A stretch of 64,000 nt of DNA from Eledone cirrhosa (Eukaryota), in contig OZ024742.1 in NCBI GenBank assembly GCA_964016885.1, positions 227,726,001 through 227,790,000 on the forward strand, read 5' to 3'. Shown in pieces: positions 59,900 to 64,000 of this stretch; position 1 is the stretch's first letter; every line of letters starts with the position of its first letter. The translations under genes were made by a program, and so were the position numbers. The notes under the pieces are model-generated. The model saw only the letters and a list, made by a program, of their open reading frames with translations. It was not told the DNA's origin and ran no database searches.

Positions 59900-61650
59900 T
59901 TATTCTACAATAGCCAGTGCCAGAAAATAAGTGTTGTGAAACCAGTGTGCTTTTCTGTTAAGGTGTCAAAAATTTGCTAAAAATCCACAAAACATGTTTT
60001 ATTCGTTGCATTTCTCTTGTAGCTGCTGGATAGTGAAGATATCGAATGTCCCTTGAAAAGCATGGCAGTTATGTTGTGACTTTGATACAGCTCTTAGGAC
60101 AATGAATTTATCAAGTCACTCAAAGGGAACACGAGAGAGCACCTTTCCAACAACTGACATCAAAGATATTCCATGTAAATTTCCACATACGTCCGTGGGC
60201 CCAGATTTATATAAGGAAATGAGAATAGCATCAATCCAGTCTTCAGGCACTTCCTCTTTTCTCCGGTAGTATACAAATAAAGAGTGAAGTAATTTGGTCA
60301 TCCTTTCCCCCACCAAACTTCAAAATTTGAAATAATGCCATCAATACCTGGGGTTTGATTATTATTGAACTTTTTTTTTGTAACTGTTGCAATATTATCT
60401 GGTGTTGGCTCAAGATATTTCTTTCAAAACAGGAAGGTCAACTATTTCCTCAATTATTCTCATATTTACATAGTGTTGTACCCATCGCTTTTGTAGGATT
60501 TGACATCATTAAAGAGCTGGAGCTATAGATGTTAATCTAGGGCCAAAAAACTCTTTTACAAAAGAGAAGCCATTTGTATCTTTACAGTCTATAGCAGCTT
60601 GCACATCTTTTATGGCTTGCACTACTTATCTTTTATTTTTCAGAGATTACACTGAATTTTTAATTTAATAGATTTACATTACATGCTTGGGTTAGGATTA
60701 TTTGACTGACTTGAAATTTTTTTGCTTAGTTGCTTTTCATGAAAAAGATTAATTTCCAAGTCATTTTCAATAAATCTATCTGCTACTTTCTTAGATCTGT
60801 AGTCCAAAGTGGAAGATACTGCATTATAGATTTGTAATTTGAAATTCTCCCATGGATTGTCTTATTCAAGTGAGGTACCTCATATTGCATCATAAACATT
60901 TTGCAATAGAGTGGATGAATTAAAGTTCACTCTGCTCTCTTTGGTATGTTAGAGCCTTCCTTTCTAATTTTGGGTTGGATTGAAAAATTACACTTCCTTC
61001 TCACTAGCCTATGGTCTGTCCAGTATTCTGCCCCTCTCATAGCTCGGATACTGCAGACATCTTTCAAATCAGATTTGCATACCAAGACATAGTCAATAAG
61101 AATCCAGTGGTTAGATCTTGGATGTATCCAGGCTGTTTTATATTTATTTTTTGCTGAAAGTGCTTGCTGTATTCAGTGTAAAAAGTAAGGAGTGAAACAC
61201 TATTTCAGTTACATTTTCTTACACCATGTTTACTCAAGGCTGGCTGACCATGTCATGAAATTAGATCCAACCTTTGAGTTTAAGTCACCTAATATTGTTG
61301 GGTACCTCCTTTTTTCAGATGCAGACAACACAACCTAATATATTCTGAGGAACCACTGGGATAGTTTTCAAAAGATGAGATGAGAGAGTCTCCAACAGCC
61401 AAGCCAACACCTGATTCTCTTCTTTGACCCACTGCTACACCTTTCCAAAAGAAAGTATAACCAAATCCACTTTCATTGAGCTGACCATCCCCATGTAGGT
61501 GTGTTTCAGAGAGCTACTATATCTAATGAATATCTTTTCAACTACTGGGCAATCAGTGCAGTGTGTCTCTCTGGTCTTTGAATAAAGATGTCAACTAGAA
61601 TACGCACATTCCAACAAGCAGGTTTCATAGTATTTAACCATCTCATGTTG
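59900..61650 (-). mobile_element. Degenerate RTE/BovB-like LINE (endonuclease to start of RT)
   Basis: Minus strand ACWNVRILVD, ALSETHLHGDGQLNE..YTFFWKG, WIHPRSNHWILIDYVLV and VPEDWIDAILISLYK..GISLMSVVGKVLSR. Confidence 0.85.
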
Positions 61651-63089
61651 TCAACTGACCAATGGCAGGATAACGACTGGGCCCAGCCTGTGGCACACTG
61701 GGGCACTTGCTGATCTAGACCTGTTCACGAGTTGTTCACAAGCCATTATTGCCATTTACTGATTTTGTTTGGGACATTTCCAATGAGTTTAAAGTGCATT
61801 TTAAGGTTATTGCCAACCATACAGCTGATGTTAACTAAGCTTCTAGGGTACAAGAACTACTTGTGCAGTTGAACATATTTTGAGTTAAAATAGATTGCAA
61901 AGAAATATCCCACTTCAAACCAGATTTCAATGGTGGGACATATGGAATGACAAGCCAAAGAACTTCAATGGCCTCGGGCTTTATTCCAGGGTTTATCATC
62001 TAGATTAGTTGTTTTAACCAAGCAAAGATTACTAAAAGGTATACAATATATTAGGTATTACTATGAATTTTTTTAAATATTTAAATCTAATTTTTACTGT
62101 ACTTTTTTCTTGGAAAACATCCAAAAAGAAACATTTTGATACCTCATTTGTGAAATTTGGATGAATATTTTAGGAAATATGACAATTTGAATGGTCAGTG
62201 AATTGGTTGAAATCTTGCCTAATTAGGCCTACATGAATGATTAGTCATATTTGTGATATATCTTTGAAACTGAGGTGACAATCATCTTCAAATTACACAA
62301 GTTAATTTTGCTGTGGGGTAGCAGTTGCCTATTTTTTTCAGGTTCTTGAAAATGAAACTTCATTTCGGCAATCTTTTAAATATTTATGTAAATCCTATTT
62401 TGTTGCATGTAACAAACAGTTGATTTCGCGATGCAAGCATAAGCTTTTCATGTATTCTCAGACCTTGCTAAATCCCAAAGTACAACCCACAAGGACTTGG
62501 GTTTTGGCATATTTGTAGTAGGTATAGAACTAAATAAATCACGAGATTTTGGGTCATGGTACCATTTCAATAAAATTTTTATTGATGATTAAGGCCATTG
62601 CAAGCTTTTCATGTATTTTCAGATATGGCTATATTGTGATCCATTATCTGTTGGGGGCTCAGTTTTGATACCCTGGTACAGGATATAAAATTGAATCCTC
62701 TCTATTAAATCCAATACATTTAATAGGTATCCCTGTAGAGCTCCACAGTTTGTTTGATCATTTTCATGTCAAAATACATATCAATACAAAACTTTGGATG
62801 TGAACTTTTTTTAATATTTTTTATTAAAATCCAACAAAGTCCTTAAGAAGACCGCTGTCTTTCTGATTTTATGGAAGAAATTAGCAGTATAGGGTACCAG
62901 TGTAAAGAGGAAGCGGTTGGTCAAGTCCCGGTATTTGATTATTCTCCTCTTCTCCCCATTGCAGGCAGTAGAGCCCGGGTTTGTGGTTGAAATGACAAGG
63001 TTAGAGGCAGAGAACGAGTCCTATCTCGCATCCTAAATTAGGGATTTACCCCCCCCCCCCCCCCCCCCCCCCAAAAGTGAAAAGGGTTA

Positions 63090-63535
63090 ATGCATCAAGC
63101 ACTGCTCCACAACAGCATTTGTGTCTTGAACATGCAGATGAGGCACTGTGCCATTCCAATGTGGTTGCACTCATCATCAAGAAGGGTACCAGTTGATGAG
63201 GAAGGCACTGAATGCAGCCAAGCGCCACAGTTTGGTTGCGAAGCAGAGCATAGGCAGGTGAAACAGCATTGGTCCAAGGAAGGTTCAATCCGCCTGAAAT
63301 CAAACTTGCACCTGACATTGTCTCGGTTACGTTGAACATTGGTACACTGGGGCATGGCAAGGCCTTTGTCGGTTCAATCAGCCAGGCCTCACTCCATTCT
63401 CCAGGCCACGTCAGGTTCTGTCATCTTGCGGAGGATGTCGATGAGGGAGTGATTGGAGGAGATTGAGGAGGGATAGCCTGGCAGTGCTAAATGAAGAGTG
63501 GATTGGAGGCTGAGGCAGCCAAATCTCACAGGGAG
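63090..63535 (-). mobile_element. CRE-like non-LTR retrotransposon fragment
   Basis: Minus strand PVRFGCLSLQSTLHLALPGY and GAWLHSVPSSSTGTLLDDEC..IGMAQCL, resembling the post-RT motifs of CRE elements. Confidence 0.6.
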
Positions 63536-64000
63536 TTTTGTCATTTAGTTTTATTTCTTTTGTTCAATTTAATCCTTTTGATGCCAAACTGCCTATGTTT
63601 CTATAAAACCAAGCCATTTATATTCATCAGTTGGATCCTATGATGCAGGCCTACACCTTCCCATATATTCTCTTTGTTCTGTAATAATCTCTTGTAATAA
63701 GATTTCTGTGCCTCTTTCTTTTCAACATTAGTCACAGCATGTCTCCCACAATTATTTCATACACACTTTTCCCCAACTATGTTTTAATTATCTGTCTCAG
63801 GATCCCAAACACTTCACATTGTTGCATGTGCACATTGTTTTTTCAGCTTCTCTTCTTGTTGTGTATATCTGGCACATAGTCTCTCTTCTAGCTGTTAGCC
63901 ATTGCTCTCTATTTCCAGTCTTTTCAGACTTGTCTCTTTACTCTGATGGCCCTAATTAGTCTATTATTCTACCACCATGTCACTTTCTGTCTTGGTAGGA

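Noticed and set aside
62040-62850. Possible TTAA-type (Kolobok-like) DNA transposon
   Set aside because: Only weak terminal similarity and a 22-bp duplicate; I could not define TIRs or a coding remnant.

Overview
AT-rich, repeat-dense animal genomic DNA; the SINE, LINE and microsatellite content suggests a cephalopod (Octopus-like), which is an inference. The only host gene I can support is the 3' part of a PPP4R1-like gene (protein phosphatase 4 regulatory subunit 1, HEAT repeats) on the + strand. It has 11 phase-consistent coding exons from 15311 to the stop at 43321-43323, and its upstream exons lie before the window. The first ~15 kb is a giant (TA)/(TATG)/(TACA) microsatellite field holding a 424-bp tandem array, a CR1/L2-group LINE, an RTE LINE with an embedded PHD-like finger and an R4/Dong-like fragment. 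The main finding is that every full 424-bp unit encodes, on the minus strand, a type I hammerhead ribozyme: CUGAUGA core, GAAA, palindromic ACUAGU helix III, GUA cleavage site and a long helix I. This makes the array a candidate non-LTR retrozyme or Penelope-pLTR-like self-cleaving RNA, antisense to the host gene. The rest holds nested DNA transposons (piggyBac inside a Chapaev3-like element, mariner, hAT, Tc1), piggyBac MITEs, several SINE families, a compact two-LTR Gypsy element, RTE relics and a CRE-like fragment. Nearly all long ORFs in the supplied track over 1-14700 are microsatellite artefacts.
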